The notes under the pieces are model-generated. The model had not been told where the DNA came from and made no database searches. It saw only the letters and a program-made list of their open reading frames with translations. Made by a program: the position numbers and the translations under genes. A stretch of 64,000 bases of DNA from a virus (lineage: Duplodnaviria > Caudoviricetes), in IMG/VR virus record IMGVR_UViG_3300021964_009400. The stretch is one strand, 5' to 3'. Each line of letters begins with the position of its first letter. The stretch's first letter is position 1. Below, one piece after another: positions 8,912 through 20,400 of the stretch.

Positions 8912-10366
8912 ATGTCTTTCCAAGTATTCAAAAGAAATATGAGTTCATGGATGCAAACACCAGATAAGCGCGCAACTGGTAATGCAGAATCGTATGAAGA
9001 TTTCGCTGATAAATTAACAAAAGAATATGATTTAGCAGTCAAAAGTGGATTTCAATCAATAAATTTAGTAAATGTAGCAAAAGGTAATACTGAGTTAATG
9101 AAATCATTAATAAATATTGCTTGTCTTAAAGCTTTATCTGTAAAGGGTGGTAAACATAATTTCATAGATGATATTGGAAAAGCAGTAGTAGGATATTGGA
9201 CTGGTGTACGATTATCATCTGGATTACCACCAGTTATGCCTGCGTTTGGTGCAACATATAACATTTCAACAATATATGCTTTTTGTAGTACATCGGGTGT
9301 GTGGATACCAATTGGTCCAATAGAACCTATAAACGATAGTAATATATTTTTAGATAGATTGATTTCTTCAATGCAAATGCATTTAACTACTTTAACATTT
9401 GTTTATTTTACATTATCAATATATCCTAGTCCTATATTATTAGGACCTGCTCCTGGTGTTTTACTTTCAGCCACATATACTATTCCACCTCAAAAACCAA
9501 CACCTCCGAACTTAATTCAAGAAGTTCAAAAAGATATTATAGAACCAATTTTAGATAAAAATGATATTTTAAGTGATGTTGAAGTTCAAATTATAAAAGA
9601 AAAAGTTGAAGCTGCTAATATATTGTTACAAAAAGATTCGAGTTTACCAGAACAAGAACAAGCTACAATAAGCTCAGTTGCATTAGAATATAAATCTAGA
9701 GGAGCACAATTAATAGAAACAAAACAACACGATTCTACTCCTGCTGATTTAAAGGATAACCAATTAAATAAAATCGATGAAATACAACCTAACGAATTTT
9801 TATGTAAAAGTGGTGCAAAAGTTGTTGCAGCTGCAAAAGCAGATTTGCAGATAGCAGAATACAAAAATAGAAACTATGGAGGATTTCCCAATGGTGAGCA
9901 GAAAAATGAAGCAGGAAGAATTGATGCTATGCATTTACCGGATATCGATAATCCAAAACTTTGGAGAAGAAAAGGTAAAGGTGCTTTTTGGTGTGCATCT
10001 GCAGTAAAAACTTGGTGGAGCGAAGCAGGTTTACCAATTCCAACATACGGTGAACCAAAGGTAAAAGGATACAACACTGGTCCTGCTCTATGTAATCGTT
10101 GGTTACAATGGGCAAAAGATAATGGATATTTTTCAAGTACACCAAAACAAGGAGCAGCTATTTTATATAGAGGAAAGAGAAAACCAGGAGCAGTTCACAT
10201 TGGAATTGTAGAAGCTCTTTTACCAGGTATTGGAGTTGTGACCATAGAGGGAAATACTACCGGCGGATCCAGATTTTCAGATAATGGTGGGGGTTGTTAT
10301 AGAAAAATTGCAAAATGGAGTAAAGGTAATATAATAGGGTTTGTAATTCCACCCGATTGTCTATAA
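8912..10366 (+). CDS. baseplate-associated protein with C-terminal CHAP amidase
   Basis: FWCASAV (Cys), HIGIVE (His) and TIEGNT motifs. Confidence 0.8.
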   Translation: MSFQVFKRNMSSWMQTPDKRATGNAESYEDFADKLTKEYDLAVKSGFQSINLVNVAKGNTELMKSLINIACLKALSVKGGKHNFIDDIGKAVVGYWTGVRLSSGLPPVMPAFGATYNISTIYAFCSTSGVWIPIGPIEPINDSNIFLDRLISSMQMHLTTLTFVYFTLSIYPSPILLGPAPGVLLSATYTIPPQKPTPPNLIQEVQKDIIEPILDKNDILSDVEVQIIKEKVEAANILLQKDSSLPEQEQATISSVALEYKSRGAQLIETKQHDSTPADLKDNQLNKIDEIQPNEFLCKSGAKVVAAAKADLQIAEYKNRNYGGFPNGEQKNEAGRIDAMHLPDIDNPKLWRRKGKGAFWCASAVKTWWSEAGLPIPTYGEPKVKGYNTGPALCNRWLQWAKDNGYFSSTPKQGAAILYRGKRKPGAVHIGIVEALLPGIGVVTIEGNTTGGSRFSDNGGGCYRKIAKWSKGNIIGFVIPPDCL

Positions 10367-10417
10367 CCATAAAATCAATAATAATATATTTATATTAGTA
10401 AGGAAAATTATATAATT

Positions 10418-10990
10418 ATGAATTCAAAACAATTAGTAAAAGTAATAAAAACTATTGTAGAAGCAGAAGTTGCTAAAAAGCACGCAAGTTTTTTAACAAA
10501 AACTTTTCCTAAAATATTAGAGGAAGAAGTTAACAAAAGATTAAAAGAGGTGAAGGGGGGTGTTGTGCCGTCCTCTACGCAATTAGTAGAAGATGATATA
10601 GTAGACCCTTTTGCACAAGCAGAACTTGCTTTACAAGAAGAAAGAACACAACCTAAAAGACAATTCACTAAAAACGAAGTGTTAAATGAGGTTCTTAATA
10701 ACACAAAACCGTTTTCTTCAGACGAAAGAAAAGGAACAACACCATCAAAATCTGTATTGGATAATTTCCAATCAGTAAATGAAAGTATGGATAAAACAGT
10801 TACATTTAATCAACAAGGTGCTGGTGCAGGATTACAAGGTATGAAAGCAAATATGGCAGCACAAATGGGATATGGTAATGTATCTCAAGTTCAAAATAAA
10901 ACTGGTCTTGGTGTTAAAACTGGTTTGCCAGGATTAGATAGAATTTTAAATAGAGATAATTCAGAACTTGTTAAAAAGTTTAAAAGATAG
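10418..10990 (+). CDS. probable head-internal/scaffold-like protein
   Basis: Seven hydrophobic-x-E motifs in the first ~122 aa; has its own TATTTATA motif. Confidence 0.5.
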   Translation: MNSKQLVKVIKTIVEAEVAKKHASFLTKTFPKILEEEVNKRLKEVKGGVVPSSTQLVEDDIVDPFAQAELALQEERTQPKRQFTKNEVLNEVLNNTKPFSSDERKGTTPSKSVLDNFQSVNESMDKTVTFNQQGAGAGLQGMKANMAAQMGYGNVSQVQNKTGLGVKTGLPGLDRILNRDNSELVKKFKR

Positions 10991-11000
10991 GAGATAGTAA

Positions 11001-11432
11001 GTGGCTTATATTCTTGATAAAAAAGTAGTAACTGATACTGAAGAATTTTCAAATCAGGCATATGGTATTACTTTACCTGCACAACGAGGTAATTCAGGTT
11101 TCTTTGCACAAGCTTTTAATTCTTTTGAACAAGCAAAAAGTAATTTAAAGAATTTACTTTTAACAAGAAAAGGAGAAAGAGTATTTCAACCAAACTTTGG
11201 CTCTGGTATTCACGAGTTATTGTTTGAACAAGCAACTGATAATCTTGAACAAAGATTACAAGAAAATATAACAAATAGTGTAAATTTTTGGTTACCTTAC
11301 ATAGATATATCTACGATTGAGGTAAACATGACCGATGCAATGAAAGATAAAAATACTGCAGAAATGAAAGTACAATTTACTGTCGGTAATGTTTTTGAAC
11401 CACAAGAAATTACATTTTTAGTTGAGGGATAA
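11001..11432 (+). CDS. gp25: baseplate wedge subunit, gp25-like
   Basis: GTG start; NLKNLLLTRKGERVFQPNFGSGIHELLFE. Confidence 0.9.
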   Translation: MAYILDKKVVTDTEEFSNQAYGITLPAQRGNSGFFAQAFNSFEQAKSNLKNLLLTRKGERVFQPNFGSGIHELLFEQATDNLEQRLQENITNSVNFWLPYIDISTIEVNMTDAMKDKNTAEMKVQFTVGNVFEPQEITFLVEG

Positions 11433-11438
11433 TAAAAT

Positions 11439-13463
11439 ATGGCATTAAATAGTTTAGATAGAAAACCAAATACTGGAAGAAATATAAAGTATCTTAATAA
11501 AGATTTTGCTCAATTTAGAGAAAATCTAATTCAGTATGCTAAAACTTATTTTCCAACAACCTATTCTGATTTTAATGAATCATCACCAGGTATGATGTTT
11601 ATAGAAATGGCATCTTATATTGGGGATGTTCTTTCTTATTATACTGATGATACTTTAAAAGAATCTTTAATTACAACTGCAGAAGATAGAGAAAATATTA
11701 TTGCACTTGCAGAGTATTTAGGATATAAACCAAAAGTAACTTCACCAGCAGTTGTAAAATTAGCAGTTTATCAAACAGTTCCTCCATTAGAAGCAGGAAC
11801 AACTAATGTTAGACCAGATGATAAATATTATTTAAGAGTTAAACAAGGAATGGTAGTTACTGCAACCATAGGCGACCAAAATTTTAGAACAACAGAGATA
11901 TTAGATTTTGCAGATGATAATGAAAGAGAAATTTCTGTTTACCAAACTGATGAAAATGGAGAACCTACGCTTTATTTAATAAAAAAATACATAAATGCAA
12001 TTTCAGGTGATTTAAAAACTATTACAAAAGATTTTGGTTCCACACCACAACAATTTGCAAAAGTATCATTGATTGAAAGTAATGTTGTTGATATCGTAGA
12101 TGTAAGAGATGAAAACAATAATAAGTGGTATGAAGTACCTTATCTTGCACAAGAAATGGTATTCACAGATTATGCAACAGGAGAGGCAAATGATAAAACT
12201 CTTGCACAATTTAAAGATAGTGTATCTAGTGTTTTAACAACACTAAAAACCTCAAGAAGATTTACAACAAAAGTAAATGCAAATAATACAACAACTCTTG
12301 TATTTGGTGCAGGTAATGCAACATCATCAGATGAACAACTAGTACCATCATTTAAAAATGTAGGATTGGGATTAAAATCATCTATTGATAAATTAGGTTC
12401 ATCATTTGACCCTGCTAACTTTTTGAAAACAACTTCATATGGACAATCACCAACTGGCACATTTACTATTCAATATGTAGTAGGTGGTGGAGTAGATTCA
12501 AATGTTGGTGTTGGTGAGTTAGTACAAATAGATAGAATAGAATTTGAAGATGATAGAGAAGTATTTTCAAGCGATGGAGAACGAATATTATTACAACAAT
12601 GTAAAAACTCAATAGCATGTGATAATGAACAACCTGCAACAGGTGGTAAAGGTGCAGATACAACAGAAGAAATTAGACAAAATGCATTGGCAAACTTTGG
12701 TACACAAAACAGAGCAGTAACAAGAAAGGATTATCAAGTAAGAGCATTATCACTACCATCAAAGTATGGTGGTATTGCAAAAGCATATTGTGCTCCTGAT
12801 GGAGAGTTAGATAATAACTCACCAAGTTCTATACTTACTGATAAAGATTCATTAGAAGAATTTGTAGGATTGGTAGAACAACTTAAAAATTCAGATTCAT
12901 CTGAAAAAGAAATTAAAGAAAGAGTTGTTCAATATCTAGGTGCTAAAAAGAAAAATGTAAATGAAAAAAATAATCCATTTGCTATTAACTTATATGTCTT
13001 GGGTTATGATTCTACAAAAGCTCTTACAACTTTAAATCAAGCAATAAAAGAAAATCTTAAAACTTATTTAAGTGAATATAGAATGTTAACTGATGGTGTT
13101 AATATAATAAATGGATTTATTATTAATATTGGTGTTGATTTTGAAATAAAAGTTTATAGTGGATACAATAAAAGACAAGTTCTTACACGAGTACAAATAG
13201 AATTAGAAAACTATTTTAATATAGATAATTGGACTTTTAATATGCCAATTAATATTTCTGAAGTTGAATTATTAATCGCAGGTGTAGAAGGAGTACAATC
13301 AGTACCAAAGTGTGAAATTACTAATAAATGTTTAGGAAACTATTCACAAAATTCATATAATATATCAGATGCAACTAAAGGTAAAATTGTTTACCCATCT
13401 TTAGACCCATCTGTATTTGAAGTGAAGTTTCCAAACAAAGATATAAGGGGGAGGGTAGTATAA
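11439..13463 (+). CDS. gp6: baseplate wedge subunit, gp6/baseplate-J-like
   Basis: YLNKDFAQFRENL, DFNESSPG, YIGDVLSYY, GGKGADTTEEIR and QNRAVTRKDY motifs. Confidence 0.9.
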   Translation: MALNSLDRKPNTGRNIKYLNKDFAQFRENLIQYAKTYFPTTYSDFNESSPGMMFIEMASYIGDVLSYYTDDTLKESLITTAEDRENIIALAEYLGYKPKVTSPAVVKLAVYQTVPPLEAGTTNVRPDDKYYLRVKQGMVVTATIGDQNFRTTEILDFADDNEREISVYQTDENGEPTLYLIKKYINAISGDLKTITKDFGSTPQQFAKVSLIESNVVDIVDVRDENNNKWYEVPYLAQEMVFTDYATGEANDKTLAQFKDSVSSVLTTLKTSRRFTTKVNANNTTTLVFGAGNATSSDEQLVPSFKNVGLGLKSSIDKLGSSFDPANFLKTTSYGQSPTGTFTIQYVVGGGVDSNVGVGELVQIDRIEFEDDREVFSSDGERILLQQCKNSIACDNEQPATGGKGADTTEEIRQNALANFGTQNRAVTRKDYQVRALSLPSKYGGIAKAYCAPDGELDNNSPSSILTDKDSLEEFVGLVEQLKNSDSSEKEIKERVVQYLGAKKKNVNEKNNPFAINLYVLGYDSTKALTTLNQAIKENLKTYLSEYRMLTDGVNIINGFIINIGVDFEIKVYSGYNKRQVLTRVQIELENYFNIDNWTFNMPINISEVELLIAGVEGVQSVPKCEITNKCLGNYSQNSYNISDATKGKIVYPSLDPSVFEVKFPNKDIRGRVV

Positions 13464-14521
13464 TGTATTATTTTACAACGGCATCAAAAGATGCAACAAT
13501 TTATTTACAACAACCTACCCAAAATACAGGTAGAGATGAAATATTAGAAATATCAAAAGTTTATTATGGTAACCTAAAAGATATATCTCGTTCACTAATT
13601 AAATTTGATACAAATCTTTTATCACAATCCATAGCAAGTGGTGATGTTACTATGAGTAGTGCAGAACTTATTGTTAGAGAATGTGAATCAAATGAAATAC
13701 CAAATGAATATTCAATCTATGCATATCCTGTTTCTCAATCATGGGATGTGGGTATAGGAACAAGATTTGATGAAATATCAACCGATGGTGTTTCGTGGGA
13801 AAAAAGAAAAACATCAACAAATTGGTTAGTAGGTTCAGCATCTCTTGAAAGTTCTGGTTCATTTAATGGTAAAGGTGGTATGTGGTACACTGGTTCATAT
13901 GTAACACAATCTTTTAGTTATGAATCAGCAGATATTGTAATGGATGTACTAACCCCATTAAACACATGGATAAGTGGAACTTTACCCAACGAAGGCTTTA
14001 TATTAAAACACGATTCTGCAAAAGAAAATGATACTATTGATTATGGTCAATTAAAATTCTTCTCAAAAGAAACAAATACCATATACCAACCAAAGATAAG
14101 AATTGGTTGGGATGATTCTACATTTGTAACTGGTTCATTAACCGCATTAACTGCTGATGATATTCATGTAACTTTTAAAAGATTGAAAACTAGATACAAA
14201 GTTGGAAGTAAACCTGAAATCAGAGTTTTTGGAAGAGAAAAATATCCTCTAAAAACTTACACCAATCAATATTCTTATACTGATGTTTATTATTTACCAA
14301 CCTCTAGTTATTATCAAGTTAAAGATATAGTTACAGAGGAAATAGTTGTACCTTTTGGAGATTATACAAAATTATCTTGTGATTCAAATGGAAATTACTT
14401 TAAACTTAATTTAACAAATTGGGAATATAATAGAGATTATTATTTAGAAATTAAAATAGATAGAGATGGTGTAATTGAATATTTTACTGATAAGGATTTA
14501 ACTTTCACCGTAGAAAAGTAA
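13463..14521 (+). CDS. virion structural protein (baseplate region)
   Basis: Translationally coupled to gp6; beta-rich; 3 [ST]GS motifs. Confidence 0.6.
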   Translation: MYYFTTASKDATIYLQQPTQNTGRDEILEISKVYYGNLKDISRSLIKFDTNLLSQSIASGDVTMSSAELIVRECESNEIPNEYSIYAYPVSQSWDVGIGTRFDEISTDGVSWEKRKTSTNWLVGSASLESSGSFNGKGGMWYTGSYVTQSFSYESADIVMDVLTPLNTWISGTLPNEGFILKHDSAKENDTIDYGQLKFFSKETNTIYQPKIRIGWDDSTFVTGSLTALTADDIHVTFKRLKTRYKVGSKPEIRVFGREKYPLKTYTNQYSYTDVYYLPTSSYYQVKDIVTEEIVVPFGDYTKLSCDSNGNYFKLNLTNWEYNRDYYLEIKIDRDGVIEYFTDKDLTFTVEK

Positions 14522-14522
14522 T

Positions 14523-15713
14523 ATGGCATTAACTGATAAATTTAGAATTAACGAACTCACACAAAAAGGTTCCAAGGTAGAGAGAAGAGATTCTGCTGGT
14601 AGAATATCTGTGCGCAGGGTTGATGGTAAAGAAGTTAAACCAAAAAATCAAAAATCAGATAAAGATTTTGGTCAAGAAGTAATCAAATTAAAAAACAAAG
14701 ACCCTAGATTTAAATCAGAACTTAATGAGGTGGATATTACACCTAACGAAGAACAAATTTCTTTTAGTGGAGAATCTACTGGCTATGTAGAAAAACCAAA
14801 ATATAATGAAGAAGAATTAAAAAAAGCAATAGATGTTAAGGTTGATGAACTTATAAAAGAAAAAAAACCTAAACGAGGACCATATATTTTAAAATCAAAA
14901 TATGATGATTTAAGAAAAAAGTACGAAGATGCGTTAGAACAAATTGCAGATTTAAGGAGACAATTATCCGAAGCAAATGCTGAAATTCAAAGATTACAAG
15001 GAGTGATACAACAACTTGAGGTAGAAACCGATTCAGCAAAATTACAACAAGCAGCTGCAGAAAACGAATTACAAGCTGCAAATCAAAGATATATTACTTT
15101 ACTTAGTGATTTCCAACAGGCAATTACAAAAGGTACAAAGGAAGCAATTGAAAGAGTATCATTAGAAGCACAAGTAAGAGGTTTACAAGCACAGAAAGAA
15201 ACACTAATTAGAATAGAAGAACAAGAAGAAGCAGCACAAGAAGAAACGGCAATTAGAGCAAACTTAAGTGGACCTGATAATTCATATGACCAAAAAGGTG
15301 ATAGTGGTTGGAAAATTCCTGGTCCATTCGGAGATAACCAATTATTAGAAAAAGGTAATTTTTATTTTAGAAGTAATAGAAAATCTTCAGGTTGGAATGG
15401 TCAAGATAGTCTTGAATTATATAACTTTAATGAAGAACAAGAAATTAGTTATTCGATTACTATTCAAGCAGGAAGAGGTGGACATGGTTCTCCTTGGATT
15501 GGGTTCTCAAAGCAATCTGGTACAATACCACCAAGAAGTGGAGAAACACCTGGTAAGGTAACTTTAGATGCAAAAAAAGTAAGAAATGTAAACTCACCAA
15601 GAGGAAGAAAAAGAGAATTTATAGATGATATTAAACTTACTATTGGAGAAGAAAGTTATGATTTAACTGCATATTTCTATCGTAAACTACGAACTGGAGG
15701 AAAAGGTAATTAA
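14523..15713 (+). CDS. structural protein with long central coiled coil
   Basis: Heptad-rich centre (about aa 125-250); lies in the tail operon. Confidence 0.55.
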   Translation: MALTDKFRINELTQKGSKVERRDSAGRISVRRVDGKEVKPKNQKSDKDFGQEVIKLKNKDPRFKSELNEVDITPNEEQISFSGESTGYVEKPKYNEEELKKAIDVKVDELIKEKKPKRGPYILKSKYDDLRKKYEDALEQIADLRRQLSEANAEIQRLQGVIQQLEVETDSAKLQQAAAENELQAANQRYITLLSDFQQAITKGTKEAIERVSLEAQVRGLQAQKETLIRIEEQEEAAQEETAIRANLSGPDNSYDQKGDSGWKIPGPFGDNQLLEKGNFYFRSNRKSSGWNGQDSLELYNFNEEQEISYSITIQAGRGGHGSPWIGFSKQSGTIPPRSGETPGKVTLDAKKVRNVNSPRGRKREFIDDIKLTIGEESYDLTAYFYRKLRTGGKGN

Positions 15714-17437
15714 TGGCTATACAAGACTTTAAAGATATAGAAGGAAGAAAAGGCTATCTTGTTGAAAAAGAAGATAGAAAGATATTTCAAAAAGAAATAT
15801 CAAAGGCAAACTTTGGTCTTGGTTGTGCTGATATGATTGAGTTTATTCTTTATGATGTTAGTGATAACAAATTACCACAAGGAGATGATGGAAAATTAGT
15901 TCGTTATATACACCTTGATGATGCAAATATTTCAAAATACTTTTTAATATCAGATAATATTTTAACAAAAAAGAAAGGCGATGTACCAGAATTTGTTGTA
16001 GATTTAGAAACTCTTATTAGAGAAGCTGGATATAGTAATGGTATATTTAAAACACAAGTAACTCTTTTAAACAGAAGATTGGGTAACGAAGGTGATGAAA
16101 ATGATAAACTGTGGATACACGAAATATCTCCTTCACGAACTGAAATTAGAGTTTTACCAATAAGAGCAAAAAAAGAAAATAAAGATTTAGAAAAAAGATA
16201 TAATGTTTTTACAAATGAAGATACTTTTAGAGATGATGTAATTTATTATATTGAAAATTTTATTGAAAGTTTTGATTTACAAAAAATTATATCAACATTT
16301 TTACTTTCAAAGGGAAAAGAATCTGATGGAAAGCAATATATAAATAAAATCAAAAAAGAATTTAAAATTCAAAACTTTGAAATATTCATGTATCAAGTTG
16401 AAAGAAAACTTGTAGAATCAATGAAGTATTATGCAAACAAACGAGTTTGGAATATAAATGATGTAAATTATGGGAAACCATCTGAAGCACAAGATTGTAT
16501 AGAATTATCAATTAAGAAATTAAAAGAAGATACAATTACTGCATTAATTAATTCTATTGATTATCATTTACCAAAAAGAAATATTTTAGATAATAGTGTT
16601 TTAACTAAAGAAGAACAAATAACTTTAGATAAAGTAAAACAATTATTAAAAACTAGAACATCTAATAATATTTACCAAACAACAGAACCAGAGGTAGTAG
16701 TTAGAGGTTGTACAGACCCTAAAGCAACAAATTACAATGAAACTGCAACAACAGACGATGGTAGTTGTTTGTATGCAACTAGAATTACAATAAAAGGTTG
16801 TACTGATTCAGCAGCTTTAAACTATGACCCTAAGGCAACTGAAGATGATGGTAGTTGTCAATATCCAACACAACAAGAAAAGAAAAATTACTATATATGG
16901 TCTGATATAGCATCATTTCAGTATAGAGATGGGAGTGGTATTTTACAAACTATTAATGGAGTTGAATATGATTCATTCTCAGTAAATCAAGAAAAAGGAA
17001 GCTTAAATGTATTGAATGGAGATGTAAGAGAAGTTCCTAAATTATCAGTAGCCGTTAATACATATTTTTATATAATACGAAATGATTGGAATCAGCAAAA
17101 CTTATTTAATGGTGAAATAAACTTAGGAGTTGGACAAATTGGGAATGTAAGTTATATAGATGCAAGTGGAAGCCCTAAAAATTCAAGTCAAATTAGACCT
17201 GGAGAACAAATTACTATTTGTGCACAAGAAGATAGCATACATGGGGCACACTATTTAACAGTCAATAAAACTGGTCAATGTATTATAAATGATTTAGGAG
17301 CAGGTGATACTATAATTGGTAGTGGAAGAATTAAACCAATTTATTCGAACCAAGATACAGTTAGCGTTGCTAATGATAGAGATATAATATCAAGAGAAGA
17401 AATACTATTAAACATAACAGAAAGGAGTGATTACTAA
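15713..17437 (+). CDS. structural protein with two GCTDxxAxNY...DDGSC repeats
   Basis: Repeats at 16706-16858; TAATG coupling on both sides. Confidence 0.6.
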   Translation: MAIQDFKDIEGRKGYLVEKEDRKIFQKEISKANFGLGCADMIEFILYDVSDNKLPQGDDGKLVRYIHLDDANISKYFLISDNILTKKKGDVPEFVVDLETLIREAGYSNGIFKTQVTLLNRRLGNEGDENDKLWIHEISPSRTEIRVLPIRAKKENKDLEKRYNVFTNEDTFRDDVIYYIENFIESFDLQKIISTFLLSKGKESDGKQYINKIKKEFKIQNFEIFMYQVERKLVESMKYYANKRVWNINDVNYGKPSEAQDCIELSIKKLKEDTITALINSIDYHLPKRNILDNSVLTKEEQITLDKVKQLLKTRTSNNIYQTTEPEVVVRGCTDPKATNYNETATTDDGSCLYATRITIKGCTDSAALNYDPKATEDDGSCQYPTQQEKKNYYIWSDIASFQYRDGSGILQTINGVEYDSFSVNQEKGSLNVLNGDVREVPKLSVAVNTYFYIIRNDWNQQNLFNGEINLGVGQIGNVSYIDASGSPKNSSQIRPGEQITICAQEDSIHGAHYLTVNKTGQCIINDLGAGDTIIGSGRIKPIYSNQDTVSVANDRDIISREEILLNITERSDY

Positions 17438-20400
17438 TGGCAGATAATAACGAAACTTTATTGTCTACAAATTCAACTAGTGGTACAACTCCAAAAAAGA
17501 TTGTTGACAACATAGCTGTCTTTGATACAAGTGGAGTTGGTACTACCATATTGACAAATAATTTAGTACCTAAAGCCGGTCAATTACCAATAAACAATTT
17601 AAATATTAATAACTTGGTATTGCCTATCAATAAAGGTTGTATGGATAGGTCAGCGTTAAATTACAATCCATTAGCAACTGTTGCCGATAATACAAGTTGT
17701 ATATATTCAACAAATATAGAAAATCCACTTTCGTTAAGTCCAAACTTAACAGTTGTTGTTAAATCAAATAGAGAATCGCAAATAATCATTGATGGTAATG
17801 ATTCACAACAAAGAACTACTGCTACATTTAATTATTCTGCGAAAGAATTGTTAAGTGGTAAAACATTTACAGTTAGAGCAAGTGAAAACTTTAAATCAAA
17901 TGATACATACAAAATTGCTGCAGTACAAAAAAGTTTTTTAAAAAATCTTAAACCAATTGTACCAGTTGAAAATTTTGAAATTGAATTAAATGAAAGAAGA
18001 TTAAATGATTTAGAAACTTTAAGACCTTTAGAAATTGGTAGTGTTAAATATTCTTATTATGAATTTCAAGTATTAAAAAATGGAAAACCATTTAAAACAT
18101 TCGAACTTGATTATAGAAATTTATTAGAAAATAGATTAGTAGAACTGAGTTTTAATCTTGAGAGTGATGGTATAAGAATAGACCCATCATCAGTTGGTAC
18201 TAATGTTTTAATCACATCTAATGTATCTTCAAATGATATAATAAGATATAAAACATCAACTGGTCAAAGTGATTTTTTACTTACAGATGACGAGGTAGAA
18301 TTACAACTTTCACGAAACTCATCAGATACACCATTATTTATTGAGTTTTTTGGTGTTGGTATAGATGATACAACACATACAGTAACTTATACATTTGATA
18401 CTCCAAACAATAGAGCAAAAAAAGTTGTAACTAATATTGATTACAAAATTGAATTACAAGAAGGTACTACAAATATAATCGTAGATGCAATAAAAATACC
18501 ACGAGTAAAACCACCATCTATACCTCTTTTAAATGTAAGTTCAAATCAATTCAAGTATAATATCAATGATAAAAACCCATTAAAAATAGTTTACAAAACT
18601 GTCAATGCTGATATTGTTGAATACTCATTAGGAAAATTAAAAAGAGAAATTGGACCAAATGGTAGTATTACTTTAAGTAGTAACGATTTTTCAAATGGTG
18701 TTGGTTCATATACCTTGTACCTACAACCAATAAATAAAGCAGGTGTTGGTGATATTGAAAAGGTTAGTATTATAGTTGAGAGTAAAGAATATTTACCAGG
18801 ACCGGATATTACAAACATAAACTATCCACAGAGTATTAAAGGTGCAGATTTCAAAGAATTTAATGTTCCATTTGATATTAGTTGGCAATCTATTAATACA
18901 GATTATATTAGAGTTTACGCTGGAAAGTATAACCCACAAGCAGAAAAAGATTTCTTTTTAGGACAGTTTTCTAAAACAGGCAATGCAAGATTTACAGTTG
19001 AAGATGTTTTAAGAGCTGCGAAAAGACAGTTTGATGAAGATGATAACATATTACAATTCCAATTATTCTTAATACCATTTAATGCACAAGGAGATGAATT
19101 AACTTCTGGTAAAGTAGAAAAGATAACAATTACTTTTGATAAAGGAGATTTAACTTTAAGAAGGGGAGATGTTATTGGTGATATTAGAAAAGCGTTTGAA
19201 TATTGTTTTGATTATTCAACCTTTGATGAAAGCACATCAACTCTTTTAACTCATTATTTACATCTTGGAGAAGGTGATAATAAATTAATATCAACTTATG
19301 GTATTGATACAGAAACATTTTCAGAGTACGAATTTATAAACGATACAAATGAAAGAAAAAAGATAAAAGAATCTAAATCCATTGTTTTAAAACTATACGA
19401 ACCACTAGATGGTGCAATCGATGTAAATGATAAGATATGGATTTCTAAAATTCAATCTATACCATTAATAGACCAGATAACAATTATAGATGATGTAACT
19501 ACAAATTGTATTCCTCTAACACCAAATTTAAGTTTAGAGTTAAACGATGATATTGGTTATCAAATTTATGATGAATTGGTTGCAAGTGGTTCGACATCAT
19601 CAGAATCAGTAATACAAGAATTTGTATCAGGTAGTGGATTTTCATTAGATACACTTCAGTTAGAATATACATCGGGTAGTGCAATACAATGGGGTAATTT
19701 TGTAAAATATTCATCTGCAAAAGAAAGAGTTGCAAACTTCTATTACAAAATCAAGTTATTAGAATCATATAGAAGTAAACACGAGTTACTAGCAACTGCA
19801 ACTGGTTCTGCAGGCTCAGTTTCAAGTCAAAACGAACAAAAAAGAATACTTGGAAAGATATCAGAAATTAAACAAAACTTCGATGCATTTGAAAAACATC
19901 TTTATACAGTAAGTGGTTCATTACAATATCCAAAAAGTGGAAGTGTTGTTGGTGATATTAAACTTACTAATACTGGTAGTTTATTAAATCCAACTGGCTC
20001 TGATGCAATTAATTGGTATAACGATACTTATGCAACTGCATCTTTATATGATAGAAATAATACAGAAAGATTAGTAAATAATTTGCCTATTCATATACAA
20101 GAAGATGATAAAGGACAAGAGTTTGTTTTATTCTTTGATATGATTGGACAGCATTTTGATATTTTATATCACTATATTAATAGATTATCAAAATCTAAAA
20201 AAGCTGAAAATAAATTTAAAGATGGAATTATAAGTGATTTAATGTATGAAATGTTAAGTTCACTTGGTTGGGATGCTGATTTAGGAATATCATCTGAAAC
20301 TCTTTGGGAATATGCATTTGGTGAACATTCAGATGGTACTCAAGTTTCTACAATGTCAGGTAAAGATAGACAACAAGAAACATGGAGAAGAATTTTAAAT

